NCBI GenBank assembly: GCA_963749495.1
Contig: CAVVMW010000005.1
Coordinates: 256,001-320,000 of the forward strand
Length of the DNA: 64,000 nt
From: an uncultured bacterium
GTDB taxonomy: Bacteria; Verrucomicrobiota; Verrucomicrobiia; Limisphaerales; UBA8199
Direction: 5' to 3'
Shown here: positions 44,503-55,636 of the stretch, one piece after another
How the letters are laid out: the number at the start of each line of letters is the position of its first letter
How positions within the stretch are numbered: the first letter of the stretch is position 1
Notes under the pieces: model-generated
What the model saw: the letters and a program-made list of their open reading frames with translations, nothing else
The model's database searches: none
What the model was told of the DNA's origin: nothing
Position numbers and translations under genes: made by a program

Positions 44503-45521
44503 TAACCGAACTGAGGATCGAGAACTTCCGAGGCTTCGCCTCGTTGGACTTGAAAAACCTAAAGCGTGTCAACCTTGTCGTTGGCGAAAACAATGCGGGA
44601 AAGACTTCGCTTCTGGAGGCGATTTTCCTCTTATGCGAACCGTCCCGCATTGGCGAGCTTCCCAACCTGTTCCGCGCACAGCAGGGGAAACCGGACATGT
44701 TTTTCCGCTGGCTGCTGCGGGATGGCGCCAAGGGCGAGGAGGGTCTGCTTTCTGCCAAAGCGGACGATGCTGAGTCGGTCCTTCGCCTGAGCCCGCCCCG
44801 CCATCAGGCCGGGGTCATAACTGACCAGGACTTCATACAGAACCCGGCGAACCCGGGCTCGTCTGGCGCTACGGGCGAAGTAATCACCAGCCGTGCTCGC
44901 GGCCGCCTGTTTTACCAGGGTGCGGCGTTCTGGCTGTGGGGCGATCCGAGCTTTAAGGGCAGGTGTCGAGTCATCCCCGTCCAGAACCGCGACCCGAGCG
45001 CTTTGGTGACGCTGGTGGGGAAAGCTCTCCGCAAAGGAGATGGCGAAGAGACGCTCCAACAGCTGCTGGCGAAGGTTGACCCGCGCATCAAGAAGGTGCG
45101 CGTGGATCCGGGCGAGGAGGGCAACCAGGTGATCGTGGACATTGGCCTCAGCGAACTTCTGCCGGTCTCCCAGGTGGGGCAGGGTGTTTACCGGTTGCTG
45201 GCGATTCTGGCCGATATCATCGGAGAGAACCCCGACGTGGTACTCATTGATGAAGTGGAGAACGGCCTTCACCATTCCATTCACGAACAAATTTGGACTG
45301 GGCTGGCGGAGACGGCCAAGAAACTGGATGTGCAGATCATCGCGACAACCCATAGCGAGGAGTGCCTCCACGCCGCTCACAACGCGTTCCTGGGCCGAGA
45401 GGATTACGATCTTAGCGTGATCCAGTTGTTTCGGATCGAGTCTGGCGTGCAGGGGCGCGTGCTGAGTCGAGAATTTATCGAGGCCGGAATTGACGGAAAC
45501 ATCGACCTGCGCGGATTATGA
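44499..45521 (+). CDS. ABC-type ATPase (AAA_15/AAA_21)
   Basis: IENFRGF, GENNAGKTSLLEA, GQG signature, LIDEVENGLH, TTHS. Confidence 0.88.
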   Translation: MITELRIENFRGFASLDLKNLKRVNLVVGENNAGKTSLLEAIFLLCEPSRIGELPNLFRAQQGKPDMFFRWLLRDGAKGEEGLLSAKADDAESVLRLSPPRHQAGVITDQDFIQNPANPGSSGATGEVITSRARGRLFYQGAAFWLWGDPSFKGRCRVIPVQNRDPSALVTLVGKALRKGDGEETLQQLLAKVDPRIKKVRVDPGEEGNQVIVDIGLSELLPVSQVGQGVYRLLAILADIIGENPDVVLIDEVENGLHHSIHEQIWTGLAETAKKLDVQIIATTHSEECLHAAHNAFLGREDYDLSVIQLFRIESGVQGRVLSREFIEAGIDGNIDLRGL

Positions 45522-46210
45522 GTGCAGCGAAACCAGATACGGACAGGAGGCGGAAGTGGAAGAACGAGCCACTGGTTCTTTTTGTCGAGGGTTACAGCGA
45601 CCTGACGTTCTACGCGGAGATGATGGAGCACATCGGCCTTTTCGAACAGTGCTTCATCCAAGATCTTGGTGGCAAGGGGCGCGGGAAACTCCGCAAGGAG
45701 GCCTCCCTGCTTCTCACGCCAACCAACCTGGCGCGGATTTCTGCCGCAGGCGTGTTGCTTGATGCAGATGACAATGCCGCTGCGGCCTTCTCATTGGCCC
45801 GCAACGCGCTAAAGGACGCTGTTGGTGTGGACGTCCAGAGGATGGGCGAGTGGGTCCAGGCAAGCAACAGCAACGCGCGCTTTGGTGTTTTCATCGTCGG
45901 CACAGGACAGCAGGTTGAAGTCGAATCACTCGCCTGGGCCGCGTGGAGCGGTAAGCCGGAGAATGGTGCCTTTCGGGGCTGCGTTGACGATTTCATAAAG
46001 TGCGCCGCGGATTGGGGCAAAAACCTTAAGAGCATCAACAAGGTGCGAATCGGGGCGGTTCTGTCCGTCCTCAACGAGGATGACCCAAGACTCGGCCCCG
46101 GGGCACGCGCAAAGCTGTTCGACTTCGCAGCCGCCGAGTTCTGCGCCCTTCGAGAGTTTCTGAAAGCGATGGCGACCGAAGCCCGAGGCGGTGGCGCTTC
46201 GGGGCGGTGA
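45518..46210 (+). CDS. DUF3226-like TOPRIM-fold protein
   Basis: LFVEGYSD, GG, LLDADD and EVESL pattern; coupled to the ATPase. Confidence 0.7.
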   Translation: MSAAKPDTDRRRKWKNEPLVLFVEGYSDLTFYAEMMEHIGLFEQCFIQDLGGKGRGKLRKEASLLLTPTNLARISAAGVLLDADDNAAAAFSLARNALKDAVGVDVQRMGEWVQASNSNARFGVFIVGTGQQVEVESLAWAAWSGKPENGAFRGCVDDFIKCAADWGKNLKSINKVRIGAVLSVLNEDDPRLGPGARAKLFDFAAAEFCALREFLKAMATEARGGGASGR

Positions 46211-46234
46211 AATTCAAGGAATCACACTCCGAAG

Positions 46235-49200
46235 ATGAGCAATTTCGAAGTCCCCAACCCCATCCTCAGTTCTCCCTTCGAGGAACCCAAGGAGCACTGG
46301 TGGATTCTGGAAGGCGAACCCGCCGAGCGGCGGCAGGGACGCCGGCCAGCCCTCTATTTCTACCGCGATCCGAAGCGGGCGACCGACGAGCGCGGCGGTC
46401 TGGCCATCGAAATGAAGCTGGTCAATCGCATCCGCGAGCGCGTGAAGGCCTGGCGCGAGCGCGGGCATGCGGGCGTCACCCGCACGACCCTGGAACTGCT
46501 CCACCACTGGCGGCGCGACGGCCGGGATCGCCGGCTGTTCTTCGCCCAGATTGAGGCGGTCGAGACGATCATCTTTCTTGTCGAAGCGCGGGCTGATTTC
46601 CGCCAGGGGCTGGACATTCCGCGGGACGAGCCTAGCGACGACCGCAAGGAGGAAGGGCTTGCCGGGTTTGTCCGTTATGCTTGCAAGATGGCCACCGGCT
46701 CGGGCAAGACCACCGTCATGGGGATGCTCGCGGCCTGGAGCATCCTCAATAAGGTGAACGACCGCGCCGACGGCCGTTTTTCCGACGCGGTGCTGGTGGT
46801 CGTGCCAAACGTGACCATCCGCGACCGCTGCCGGGAGCTGGATCCCGAACTGGGCGAGGCCAGCCTCTACCGCACGCGCGACCTGGTGCCCGGCCATCTC
46901 ATGGAACGGTTGCGACAGAGCAAAGTCATCGTCACCAACTGGCATGTCTTTGAGCCGCAATCGGTGACCAACGGCGACGCGGCTAAAGTGGTGAAACGGG
47001 GGCGCGAAGTTCTGACGACCGAAACGGTCCGCATCGCCGAAAAGAACGACACCAAACGCGGCACGCGGTTTCTCACCCGCGAATCATTGCGTCAGCAAAT
47101 CGCCCAGGGAATGTTGGAGGTCCTCGAAGGGAATCCTGATGAGGACGTGGCGGTCAAGATCCGGAGCCGGCGTTACGTTGAAAGCGACACGGCCTTAGTC
47201 AACCGCATTCTCGGTCGTGAGACGGGAGGCAAGCAGAACCTCCTGGTGATGAATGACGAGGCCCACCATGCTTACCGCATCAGACGCGAGGAGCCGGATG
47301 AAGCCGAGGCGGAAGATTTTGGGGAAGAGGAGGAAGCCGAGGAATTCTTCAAGGAAGCGACCGTCTGGGTTGACGGCCTGGATCGCATCAACAAGGTGCT
47401 GGGCCGCAATGGACGGGGTGGCATCAACTTTTGCGTGGACCTTTCGGCCACGCCCTACTTCCTGGGCCGCGTTGGCCAGCAAACCAATCGCCCCTTCCCT
47501 TGGGTTGTCAGTGACTTTAGCCTCATGGACGCCATCGAGTCCGGGCTGGTCAAGATTCCACAACTGGCCATTCGTGACACGACTGGCGCGGAAATTCCCG
47601 GCTACTTCAACATCTGGCGCTGGATTCTGCAGCCAGGGCGTCTCACTCCCGCCGAGCGCGGCGGCAGGCACGCCAGTCCGAAGCCCGAGGCGGTCCTCAA
47701 ATGGGCCCATACGCCTATCGCCATGCTCGCGGGCTTGTGGGAGGCCGATTTCAAGGCGTGGAAGGAGAATGGGGAGCCACGCCCGCCGGTGTTCATCCTG
47801 GTTTGCACGAACACCGCGCTCGCAAACGTCGTCTTCGACTGGCTGGCGAATGGAAACTGTCCCAGCGGCATCCCGCCGGCGAAGCTTGAGGGGTTTCGAA
47901 ACACACAAACTGAGACCAACACGATCGTGGTTCACTCCAAGGTCGTTCACGAGACAGACTCCGATGCCGCCAAGTCCGACGAATCGCGTTGGATGCGTTT
48001 CACCCTCGACACCGTTGGCAAGTCAACATGGCCGATAGATTCCCAAGGCCGGGAGCTTTATCCCGAAGGCTTCGCAGAAGTTGCGGACAAACTCAAGCGG
48101 GACCGGCATCCGCCAGGTCGCGACGTTCGCTGCATCGTGAGCGTCGGAATGCTGACGGAAGGGTGGGATTGCAGCACCGTGACGCACATCGTTGGCTTGC
48201 GGCCCTTCATGTCGCAATTACTGTGCGAACAAGTGGTCGGCCGGGGCTCTCGCCGGGCCAGCTACGAGCCGGGCCCGGACGGCCTGATGCCTGAGGAGGT
48301 ATCCAAGGTATTCGGGGTGCCTTTCGAGGTTGTGCCCTTCAAGGCAAACCCCGGCGGCAAGCCCCCACCGCCCGTCAAGCGATTCCACGTTCACGCTTTG
48401 CCGGAACGGGCGCATCTCGAAATCCGTTTCCCGCGTGTGGAGGGCTACACGCAGGCGGTGCGCAACCGCGTGACGGTGGACTGGAAGAATGTCCCCGCGC
48501 TCATCATCAAGCCTGACCAGATTCCCCCCGAGGTGGAGGTCAAAGGACTCAATCTCAACAACCGTGGCCGCCCGTCCCTCCTTGGCCCAGGCCGACTGGA
48601 CCACGTCACGCTGAAGGAACGCCGCTCGCATCTGCGTTTGCAGGAACTGGTTTTCGATGTAGCGCGAGCCTTGACTCGCGACTTCATCCAACAGCGCGGC
48701 TCAGAAGTGCCCGCCCAAGTGTTGTTTCCACAACTCGCGGCGATTGTGGACCGCTATGTCCGGGACGAGGTGGTGGTGTCGCCGCCGGCCGACCTGCGCA
48801 ACCTCCTCTTCGCACCGTACTATGGCTGGCTGGTCGAGGTCCTCGTTGAATCAATTCGGCCGGACGCCGCCAATGGCGAATCGCCGGAGATTCCGCGCTT
48901 GGAGGCTTCGCGCGGCCCAGGTTCCACGGGCAACGTCAATTTCTGGACCACACGCGAGGTGCGAGAGATCCGCAAATCACATGTCAATTACATGGTCGCG
49001 GACACACGCCGGTGGGAGCAAACCGCCGCCTTCTATATCGATACTCATAAAGCCGTGCGCGCCTTCGCCAAGAACGCCGGTCTCGGCTTCGCCATTCCCT
49101 ACCTCCACAATGGGCAGATGCACGATTACCAGCCCGACTTTATCATCCACCTTGATTCCCCAACCGAGCGTTTCCTTGTCCTGGAGACAAAAGGTTACGA

Positions 49201-49345
49201 TCCTCTCGCAAACGTCAAGCAGGCGGCGGCCTGCCGGTGGTGCGCCGCGGTAAATGCACAGGGCGGGTTTGGTCATTGGTCCTATCAACTCGTCCGCCGA
49301 ACGGATCAGGTCAGGGGCGTTCTGGACGCCTCACAGGTGAGTTAA
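46235..49345 (+). CDS. Type III restriction endonuclease (Res; helicase plus PD-(D/E)XK)
   Basis: MATGSGKT, NDEAHH, LSATP, MLTEGWD, EQVVGRG, YQPDFII..LETKG. Confidence 0.9.
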   Translation: MSNFEVPNPILSSPFEEPKEHWWILEGEPAERRQGRRPALYFYRDPKRATDERGGLAIEMKLVNRIRERVKAWRERGHAGVTRTTLELLHHWRRDGRDRRLFFAQIEAVETIIFLVEARADFRQGLDIPRDEPSDDRKEEGLAGFVRYACKMATGSGKTTVMGMLAAWSILNKVNDRADGRFSDAVLVVVPNVTIRDRCRELDPELGEASLYRTRDLVPGHLMERLRQSKVIVTNWHVFEPQSVTNGDAAKVVKRGREVLTTETVRIAEKNDTKRGTRFLTRESLRQQIAQGMLEVLEGNPDEDVAVKIRSRRYVESDTALVNRILGRETGGKQNLLVMNDEAHHAYRIRREEPDEAEAEDFGEEEEAEEFFKEATVWVDGLDRINKVLGRNGRGGINFCVDLSATPYFLGRVGQQTNRPFPWVVSDFSLMDAIESGLVKIPQLAIRDTTGAEIPGYFNIWRWILQPGRLTPAERGGRHASPKPEAVLKWAHTPIAMLAGLWEADFKAWKENGEPRPPVFILVCTNTALANVVFDWLANGNCPSGIPPAKLEGFRNTQTETNTIVVHSKVVHETDSDAAKSDESRWMRFTLDTVGKSTWPIDSQGRELYPEGFAEVADKLKRDRHPPGRDVRCIVSVGMLTEGWDCSTVTHIVGLRPFMSQLLCEQVVGRGSRRASYEPGPDGLMPEEVSKVFGVPFEVVPFKANPGGKPPPPVKRFHVHALPERAHLEIRFPRVEGYTQAVRNRVTVDWKNVPALIIKPDQIPPEVEVKGLNLNNRGRPSLLGPGRLDHVTLKERRSHLRLQELVFDVARALTRDFIQQRGSEVPAQVLFPQLAAIVDRYVRDEVVVSPPADLRNLLFAPYYGWLVEVLVESIRPDAANGESPEIPRLEASRGPGSTGNVNFWTTREVREIRKSHVNYMVADTRRWEQTAAFYIDTHKAVRAFAKNAGLGFAIPYLHNGQMHDYQPDFIIHLDSPTERFLVLETKGYDPLANVKQAAACRWCAAVNAQGGFGHWSYQLVRRTDQVRGVLDASQVS

Positions 49346-49544
49346 CTAGAGCTTGTCCCAAAACCACAAGAGGCCCGTAAATACAGGCGTTTCGTAGCAT
49401 CAGCACGTCAACATAAACAGTGCTGTTTCCGATTTTGTTGGTAACGAACCTGAGCCGCCGGTTCACAGCCAGGAGGCGTTTAGACGTAATAATCGCGATC
49501 ATCTCCGATTGTTGTCGAGCGGTAACGGCGCCAATGCGCTAGGG

Positions 49545-50861
49545 TCAATAGGTGCCCAGGGTAACACGCAGCGTTTGCGGAGTGTCGCGGAACGGCAAGG
49601 CATGGTCGGTCTCGTCCCCGTTTAGGATGCGCATCACACGGAAGGCGGATGCCGGCGAGTAGTCACGCCCATTGTGGGAAGCGTTGGGCTTCCTTTCCAG
49701 TTGCTCGGCTTCCTCGACCCGGAGCCAGTCACGATGCCCTCCGGACGCCACTTTGAACTCGATGGTGCAGGAGCTGCCGGTGATGAAAAATTGGTTCTCC
49801 TCGATTTGGGCAACCAGCGCACATCCCCTGGGCGGGGGCGGGGCGGCTTCTCCCGCGTCCGGGCCCGCGCCACGTTGGCCACGCGTCCCGCCGGTCGCGT
49901 TGTTGGTTGCGGTTGGGTTTGCCGCCGCCCCTGCACCGGGGCCTCCGCCAAAACCCCCTGGACGGCGTCCGGCTCCCCTGAAGTTGATGATTGCGCTCCA
50001 GGCTCCAAAATCGAGCGTTGCGCTCGTCTGGCCTGCTTCTTCTTCAACCGCCTTGACTTTGCCTTCGAAATTGAGCCGCGCCACTTCGCGCATGATAGGT
50101 TCGAGCATCCTGTAGTTCATCCCGACCGGGGCGATGGATTCGGGCGTTGCCCGCGTGTAGTCAAGGCCAAAGGGCGACCAACCGATGGCTCCGCGCCCCA
50201 GCGCGGCGAAGCACATCCGGCTGCCGTTGCCGGTTCCGCCGGTCTCCGGGACGAACAGGGCGTTGTCGGGCCGCGAGTAATGGTCCAGCACAGCCAGGTA
50301 TTTCGTGCTGTCACGCATGTAAATGTCGGGACAAAGAATATCAATGGCGGGAGCGGCCGCCTTCCAAATGCCCAGGACATTGTCGGTGGCGCCGCCGCTT
50401 TCGTAGGTGCCGGCGCGGGGATTGGTCAGGGGATCGCGCAACGCGGCGTTGACGTACATCGGCAACGGGTATTCGGCCTTGCCAGCCGCGGCCACTTGGC
50501 CAATGTAATGGGTCACACAGTAGGCGTGAACAACAATCGAGGGGTCGAATTTGCCCTGCTCCGGCTCGAATTGCTCCCAATAAACCGGGATCTCCAGCGT
50601 GTTGGCGTGCAGGTCGTCAATGGCCGCCCAGACCTTGGGGAGCGTCCCCGGCCACGCGCTGGAATTGTGGGACTGCGCACCCAGCATGAGGAAGGGCGCG
50701 CCATCCACGAACAGCGCGTGGTGTCCGTTGGAAGCGACAATCCGGGGCATCGGGTTTGCGGCCCCCGCCGCTGTTTGACCGCTGAACAGAACAAGGCCAA
50801 GGCCGGCCAGGGCTGCGGCGCAAAGCCGGCCGCACGAGCGTATGCTGATTTCGAGTTTCAT
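49545..50861 (-). pseudogene. GH35/DUF5597 beta-galactosidase with an in-frame internal deletion near 50535
   Basis: EPEQGKFDPSIV is followed directly by HAYCVTHYI; the WKNG and QVENE segments seen in paralog 58431-59504 are absent. Confidence 0.7.
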
Positions 50862-50890
50862 ATTGGTTTGACTCTGGTTTCACTGCTCAG

Positions 50891-52316
50891 TTAGCGATGT
50901 CGCCGTAGAGAACTCCACGGCCATTGGTGCCGACATACAGAACGTCCATAAACGCGCGGGTCGCCCGTGATGCACTCGAACCGGTTGCCCCATTGATGCT
51001 CCGCATCGTTGATGCGGACCCAGGTGGCGCCCGCGTCATCGGAACGGTAAAGTCCCGCCGCCGCGCCGCTGCCGCCGGCGGCCACAAAAATGGCGGGATA
51101 GTCTTTGCCCGGCGCGGCTTTGCCAAAGCTGAACTGGCCAATCGGCGGATGGTTGGGGATTTCCTTGAAGGTTCGACCTCCATCGCTCGAATGGCAGAGC
51201 GTTTGTCCAACAAACCAAAGGTCTCCCTCTCTGCCCCCAACGGCAACCAATCGGCTTCCGCCACGCCCGCCGCGTCCGCCGCCACCTCCCGTGGCAGGCA
51301 GGCCGGTGACTTCGTAGCCGTTCGTGAACGTCGCCCCGCCGTCGGTGCTCAGATACATTCGATGCGCAGCCGAATCCAGCCCGTAGAACTTCGCGGGGTT
51401 GGAGCGGTCGGCGATCGGGTTGAAGCCGGCAGGCAGGCAGGCCACGTCCTTCCACGTCGCGCCCCTGTCAGTGGAAATTCGCGGAGTCCCACCTGTGCTC
51501 ATGAAAACCGACCCATCCGCTGAGAGAATCAGCCGCCCGCCTCCGCCCCGCCTGCCACCTGCGGCAGCCTCTCCGCCGAACGTGAAGGGCTTCCAATTGT
51601 GTCCGCCGTCCAATGAATACGCCATCGTGCCCTCGTCGGGAGGGTGAAACGGCGGGCTTCCCGTCCGGACGACAACGTTGGGATTGTTCTCGGCGAAATC
51701 CAGCCATGAGTTGTTTGCGAACAGCGGGTGCCGATTCGGCCCTTGGGGAGGGCTTACATTCAGGTCATCGTGCGTGAAGCCGCTAATATCTCCAAAGCCG
51801 CTGATCAGGTGCGCGCCGCCCGTCGGGCTGATGAGGTTAAGAATGGCGGTTTCCTCGATGCCGTCCGCCCAAATCGTCCAATGAGTGTCGCCGCCGGAAT
51901 CGGCATTATTCATAAAAAGTCTTGCCTTGGTCCATGGACCGCAGGATGGCCGCCGGCTGGCCTTGCCCCATCCCCGCGGCGATATAGACGCGCTGTGGAT
52001 CCATGGGGTCGGTCGCGATGCTCTCCGAGCTGTGGAGATTGCCGACGCCGCACCAGTCGGTCAGAGGCATCCATCGTTTCGTCTGGCTGTCCCACTTGTA
52101 GGAACTGCCGATATCGGTGCGACAGTAGGCCAGGTCCTTTTGGGTGCTGTTGAAGACAATTCCACAGATGAAGCCCCCGCCCTTCACGGTGACATTTTTC
52201 CAGGTGTACGGCTGGGAAGGGATGCTGGCGGATTGACCGAGTGCAATCGCCGGGCCTAGCGCGAGGCAAAGGCCAACCCCAAAGATCTTCGATGAGGACA
52301 ATGCATTGATTCTCAT
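50891..52316 (-). pseudogene. GH74 xyloglucanase with a large internal deletion near 51915 and a 3' frameshift
   Basis: YTWKNV..GGGF..YCRTDIG, then GIEETA..GDISGF; SxDGGxTW repeats. Confidence 0.75.
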
Positions 52317-52434
52317 AAATGCCTTAGGATGAGGAACGGTTTGCCATCAACGATCAGTTGGCGCGGTCCTCGGGGTTCCTGAAGTCGCCCTCGCCGATGG
52401 GTTTCATGTCGACTGCCACGTTCCATACTATTGT

Positions 52435-52461
52435 TCCCGCATGAATCGCAAAAACCTGACA
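52435..52461 (-). promoter_or_regulatory. Putative ECF-sigma promoter motif, copy 2
   Basis: TGTCAGGTTTTTGCGATTCATGCGGGA. Confidence 0.55.
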
Positions 52462-52631
52462 CAAAAAGCACCGACTTTCGCATGCTTGACAGCATTTGCT
52501 CCCGCCGGGGTCAAAAACGGCTTGCTCGCCAGTGCATGAACAAGACAGGCGAGCAGGCGGGTTATCCAGTTGTCCAAGAGGGCCGGTTCGAGATTCAAGA
52601 ACCCGTCGCAGCGGGCGAATCGGCTCGAGCC

Positions 52632-53033
52632 TTAACGGCCCGCGGCGTAATCAGCCAGGCGGATGGCCAGGCTGGGATAGCACTTCAACACCTCCTGGTC
52701 CGTCGTAATTAGTTTGCAGTTGAGCCGCTGGGCCAGGGCCACATATTCCGCGTCGTAAGCCGAGAGCGAACTGGCCCCGAGGATGGAGAAGACCTCCGCA
52801 TCTGTCAGATGGTGGGCTTGGACGCTCAACGCCGCCAGCGCGCCAGCCGCCATCAGCGTGGCCAGCGCTTCTCCCTTGCGCAGATAGCCAGCCGCCACAC
52901 TACGGAATTCGGTGCGGGAGAGAAAAGGAGCGTGCCACTCCGGATCCCGGTCCCGGCAGGCCACCGCCCCGGCATGGTAGGCATCGGAAGAGATGACGAA
53001 GCCGCAGATGACGCTGTTATCCACGACGATCAT
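52632..53033 (-). CDS. PIN-domain VapC toxin
   Basis: MIVVDNSV...TEF...LSAYDAEYVALA...LITTD. Confidence 0.85.
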   Translation of the reverse strand: MIVVDNSVICGFVISSDAYHAGAVACRDRDPEWHAPFLSRTEFRSVAAGYLRKGEALATLMAAGALAALSVQAHHLTDAEVFSILGASSLSAYDAEYVALAQRLNCKLITTDQEVLKCYPSLAIRLADYAAGR

Positions 53034-53299
53034 TTTCGGCCTTTCCGGCGTAGTGTGGCCGATTCCTCCGGCGACAACCGGGTGCGGAACCGGAGCGCTT
53101 CAATGCGCCGGCGCAGTTCCTCCTCCGGGAGCCGGGGCATGGCGGTTCCGCCCACCAGCGCCGAAGTGATTTCAGGCACTCCGCGCAGCGAGCCCAGGCG
53201 CAAAATGTCGCTTTGACCGAGACCGGTCTTTTCCATGGCCTCAGCCACGACGAGGGCGAGCGTCGCATCCGCCCGGATCTTGAAATAGTTCGTCTTCAT
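53030..53299 (-). CDS. Cognate antitoxin (RHH-like)
   Basis: Small upstream ORF with an ATGA overlap to the toxin. Confidence 0.65.
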   Translation of the reverse strand: MKTNYFKIRADATLALVVAEAMEKTGLGQSDILRLGSLRGVPEITSALVGGTAMPRLPEEELRRRIEALRFRTRLSPEESATLRRKGRK

Positions 53300-53459
53300 G
53301 GGCCGATTATGGTCCGTTTGTGGCCCGAGGTCAAGGGGGGGGAACGCCCGGAGACGGGCAAGGGGTCACCGTTGCGGTTTTGGAGGGCGTTTGTGCGGCG
53401 AGAGCGGTGGGAACGGCGCTCTGATCGGCGGTTCCGCCGCACACGTGCTGATGAAGGGC

Positions 53460-55124
53460 TTACGGCTCGAATTTGGCGGGGACGGAGAGATCGAAACCGG
53501 TCCGCTCCAACTGTTCGGCATTCTCGATGACCGCTCCGTTGATCCTCACGTTCTTGAACAGGACCGGGGCGACGTGCTGCCCCATGATCAGGCCGGGCTT
53601 GCTCGGCTTATAGAAAACGCAGTTCTCGAAGGCAAAGTTTGTCAATGGCAAGTTGCCACCGTCGATATAGACCGCCCCGCCATCATTCTCGAACGAGCAG
53701 TCTATAAATCGGAAATCGTCCAAGGCCGCGCTTCTGCTGGGCCGGGAGCCTGCGGAATACCCCCGCCCGGTAAAATACGCAGGCGTCAGTTGGATCCAGA
53801 TGGCAAATTTGTTGTGGCTGGCAACGAAGTGCGCGTCTTCGAGGCGCAGGTGCTTTACGGCCGGGGCGGCGCCATACCCGATGGCCAGGGAGCACGTATA
53901 GCCATAATTGACAAATCCCTTCACGACAACATCCTCGATGCCCCTGCCCCCCCCGCCGTAAAGCGCCCAAGTATCGTCCATGGTCATGGCGAACCCGTCT
54001 TCGATCAGGATATGGCCGCTGCCAGCGGTGAAATCATAAGCATCGTCGTGGTACTGCTGCTTGCGGTTGGCGATCTTGATGTGGTGGGTGGAGAAATTCT
54101 GGCTGCCGCTGACGGTCACGGTCCAATAGGCGGAGCGGAGGAGCAACAGATCCTGGAAGGAAATGTTGCGGCTGTTGTTGACAACGTAGCCCCGGATGCC
54201 ATTTCGAGGATCGTTCACTTTTCCCCCTGGGTCTCTGGCGCGTCCGTCACCGGTGTCGGGTTGAAAGTCATGCCACAGCCACGGGTAGCCCTCCATGTCG
54301 ATGGCGCCCCGCCCCCTCAGGCCGGCATTCTCGACATTGTTAAAGATGAAAAAGGCCCTGGAGGGCCTTCCTCCAGCGCCCGAAGAAGCCGAGGTGTAAT
54401 CCGCAGCCTTGCGCGAGCCCCGAATCAGCGCGCCCGCGTCAACGTAGAGCGTGACTCCGCTCTTCATCAACACGGCGCCCGTCAGGTAAACGCCGGGGGG
54501 AAAGAAGAGCACGCCGCCCCCGGGCCGGCCGGAGACGTCGCTGATGGCCCGGTTAATGTTCGTGGTTTCGAGGGTCTTGCCCGTGCTGTCCACCTTGTAG
54601 TCCTGGATGTTGACCACATTCGCACCGCCGAGTTTGGGGGGATTATTTTCGGGCGGTTCGGCAAACAGCATCAACCCGGTGTTGTTGAAGGCCGGCTCGT
54701 CGTTGAAGAACAAGACCAGGTAGCGCGGCCGATCCAGGTCGAAACTGACCACATTGCCGCTGATCTTCGGCTCGATGCCGTAGGCGAGCGGCCTGATGTG
54801 GCACGTGAGCACTTTCCTCTCGCTGACGAGCAAGGTGACCTCAACGTGGACTTTTCCGGTCATGGCGAAACTGGCATAGTCCATCCAGTTGAACTGGTCG
54901 TAAGTGAAGAACTTATGCACAAACACAGGCTGACCGTTCACGGTCACCTTATAGGAGTCGCTCGGCATCGCTCCTGGGTAAGGGGGATAAGGGGTCACCT
55001 CGCCGAATATCGCCACTGGCAGGAGGAGCAGGAGCAAGGCTATCAGACGTGCCGACAATTCAAGCCCAGAGCCCGACTTATAACTGAAGTGTGGTCTAAT
55101 GAGGTCTTTCATGTTGAGTTTCAT
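53460..55124 (-). CDS. GH28-like pectin-lyase-fold glycoside hydrolase
   Basis: GGGVLFFPPGVYLTG..LYVDAGALIRGS, GRGAID, HDDAYD, MDD. Confidence 0.8.
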   Translation of the reverse strand: MKLNMKDLIRPHFSYKSGSGLELSARLIALLLLLLPVAIFGEVTPYPPYPGAMPSDSYKVTVNGQPVFVHKFFTYDQFNWMDYASFAMTGKVHVEVTLLVSERKVLTCHIRPLAYGIEPKISGNVVSFDLDRPRYLVLFFNDEPAFNNTGLMLFAEPPENNPPKLGGANVVNIQDYKVDSTGKTLETTNINRAISDVSGRPGGGVLFFPPGVYLTGAVLMKSGVTLYVDAGALIRGSRKAADYTSASSGAGGRPSRAFFIFNNVENAGLRGRGAIDMEGYPWLWHDFQPDTGDGRARDPGGKVNDPRNGIRGYVVNNSRNISFQDLLLLRSAYWTVTVSGSQNFSTHHIKIANRKQQYHDDAYDFTAGSGHILIEDGFAMTMDDTWALYGGGGRGIEDVVVKGFVNYGYTCSLAIGYGAAPAVKHLRLEDAHFVASHNKFAIWIQLTPAYFTGRGYSAGSRPSRSAALDDFRFIDCSFENDGGAVYIDGGNLPLTNFAFENCVFYKPSKPGLIMGQHVAPVLFKNVRINGAVIENAEQLERTGFDLSVPAKFEP

Positions 55125-55429
55125 AACACGATTCTTGGTTTGTTGTGGCCTTGCGTTCTGGAAAAGCGGAAGAAACGGGTTCGGATTATCCGCGCTCAGG
55201 CCGGTTGGGACACCTTCGCGATGCGGGCAAAGTTGCCCTCGAACTCTGCGCGGCTTTCGCAGCCAACGGTGAAACAGTGGACCGCATCATGTCGTTTCCG
55301 TGGCGGGCCTCTGACGGCCACGCGCTCACAGGATAGGCTGCAACGGCGCCCAGGGCCAAAGACCGCTGCAAGAACTCACGTCGATTCATTCGGTGCATGT
55401 TTCCTTTCAGTTAGCTTCACGTTTAATTA

Positions 55430-55636
55430 TAAAGCAAGCTGATCCACGCGCGGTTGGGGTTCGAACTTGCGCATGAAACTGGCGTTCTTGTGACAGCGCC
55501 CGCAGTAGGCGGGCGTCGCCTGGCGTGTGACCCGGAGCTTGAATCCCCGCTTCGCGCTCATCGACAGGTTCTGGTCATCCTCCTTGGGGTCGCCGCCGTG
55601 GCAGTCGGCGCAACTAATCGCGCGGTGGTGATGCAC
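55430..55636 (-). pseudogene. Multiheme cytochrome c fragment
   Basis: CADCH and CGRCH heme motifs; no N-terminus. Confidence 0.65.

Noticed and set aside
49349..49372. gagcttgtcccaaaacc resembling an IS end right after res
   Set aside because: No transposase and no convincing partner repeat; only a weak tgggacaa near 41556.
53298..55442. Long plus-strand ORFs (also 26361-28529, 34362-36407, 39983-41155)
   Set aside because: Antisense shadows of clear minus-strand genes in high-GC DNA; no recognisable motifs.
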